A stretch of 64,000 nucleotides of DNA from Hydrolagus colliei (taxonomy: Eukaryota): the NCBI GenBank assembly GCA_035084275.1, contig CM068745.1, positions 44,578,001 to 44,642,000 on the forward strand. The letters are read 5' to 3'. Positions within the stretch are counted from its first letter, which is position 1. Each line of letters opens with the position of its first letter. Below the pieces are notes generated by a model that had not been told where the DNA came from, searched no databases, and saw nothing but the letters and a program-made list of their open reading frames with translations. Both the position numbers and the translations under genes were made by a program. Positions 63,381 through 64,000 of this stretch are shown here, piece after piece.

Positions 63381-64000
63381 AACAACAACAACAACAACAA
63401 CAATTTACATTTATATAGCGCCTTTCACGTCGGGAGGACGTCCCAAGGCGCTAAACAAGAGGCGTGTGACCCGAGCTGGGAGGGGAGTGTTTGGGAAGGG
63501 GTGAAACACGAAGGGGAGGTAAAAGAGTTCGGGGTGGAACAAAAGGCACGATCGAAGAGGAAAGTCTTCAAATCGGCCTTGAAAGAGGAAAGGGAAGAGG
63601 CGAAACGGAGGGATTGAGGGATGGCATTCCATAAGGTGGGAGCGGAGAAACTGAAGGCCCGGCCTCCGATGGTGCGGCGGTTCGGGCGGGGGGCTTGGAG
63701 CAGGCCAAGTCCTGTTGAACGGAGGGTCCGGGTGGGCGTGTAGGGGGAGAGTAGATCGGTTAGGTACGATGGGGCAAGGCCGTGTAAGGCCTTGTAGGTG
63801 AGGAAGAGGATCTTAAATTCGATGCTCTGGAGGATGGGGAACCAGTGGAGACAGGCGAGAGTGGGGGTTATGTGGTCACGGAGGCGGGTGCGGGATATTA
63901 CATGGGCTGCAGAGTTTTGGATGGCCTGCAGCCTATGACTGGAGGAACTGGGGAGGCCGACTAGGAGAGAATTTCCGTAGTCCAGCCGTGAGGTGATGTA
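63381..64000 (-). mobile_element. Young L2 3' portion (continues past the window end)
   Basis: (aac)n-tttacatttatatagcgcctttcacgtcgggaggacgtcccaaggcgct with CpGs retained, then ORF2 C-terminal sequence up to 64000. Confidence 0.95.

Larger units (their letters stand above)
16301..64000 (-). other. Large HS6ST intron (partial, continues beyond the window)
   Basis: No upstream HS6ST exon (TM anchor, HIQKTGGT motif) is recognisable in the remaining 47.7 kb. HS6ST2/3 genes are known to have very large introns before the last exon. Micro-exons could have been missed. Confidence 0.7.

Noticed and set aside
1-64000. CRISPR-like recurrence of ~60-nt hairpin repeats
   Set aside because: The repeats are dispersed, in both orientations and irregularly spaced, and they are L2/SINE 3' tails in a vertebrate intron. 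There is no array and no cas gene.
16301-64000. Strand bias of intronic L2 fragments
   Set aside because: A rough count by eye (about 16 minus versus 11 plus) is too weak to support a bias.

Overview
Vertebrate genomic DNA with a repeat landscape of L2, CR1, Deu-domain tRNA-SINEs and TIR transposons and no recognisable Alu or L1. This suggests a cartilaginous fish, possibly a holocephalan (inference). The only host coding sequence I can support is the terminal exon of a heparan sulfate 6-O-sulfotransferase on the minus strand (15589-16300). It is most likely HS6ST2, with HS6ST3 as the alternative. Everything from 16301 to the window end appears to be intronic, and ~10.6-15.6 kb is a possible long 3' UTR. 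The other ORFs in the track are LINE remnants or artefacts. The most interesting structures are: (i) a ~430-bp unit of unrecognised sequence plus a SINE/L2-type 3' tail, present twice in inverted orientation, with homology ending at the tail; (ii) a Tigger-type MITE that captured 265 bp of DNA from 1.7 kb away; (iii) many 50-70 nt 'tail-only' L2 insertions that stop at the base of a covarying 3' hairpin; (iv) a perfect fold-back hairpin with 35-bp arms made from an L2 tail; (v) a composite element with an L2-type tail and two Deu cores; (vi) a diverged ~1.15-kb tandem duplication with copy-specific insertions. Repeat boundaries were read by eye and are approximate unless TIRs or TSDs are quoted.
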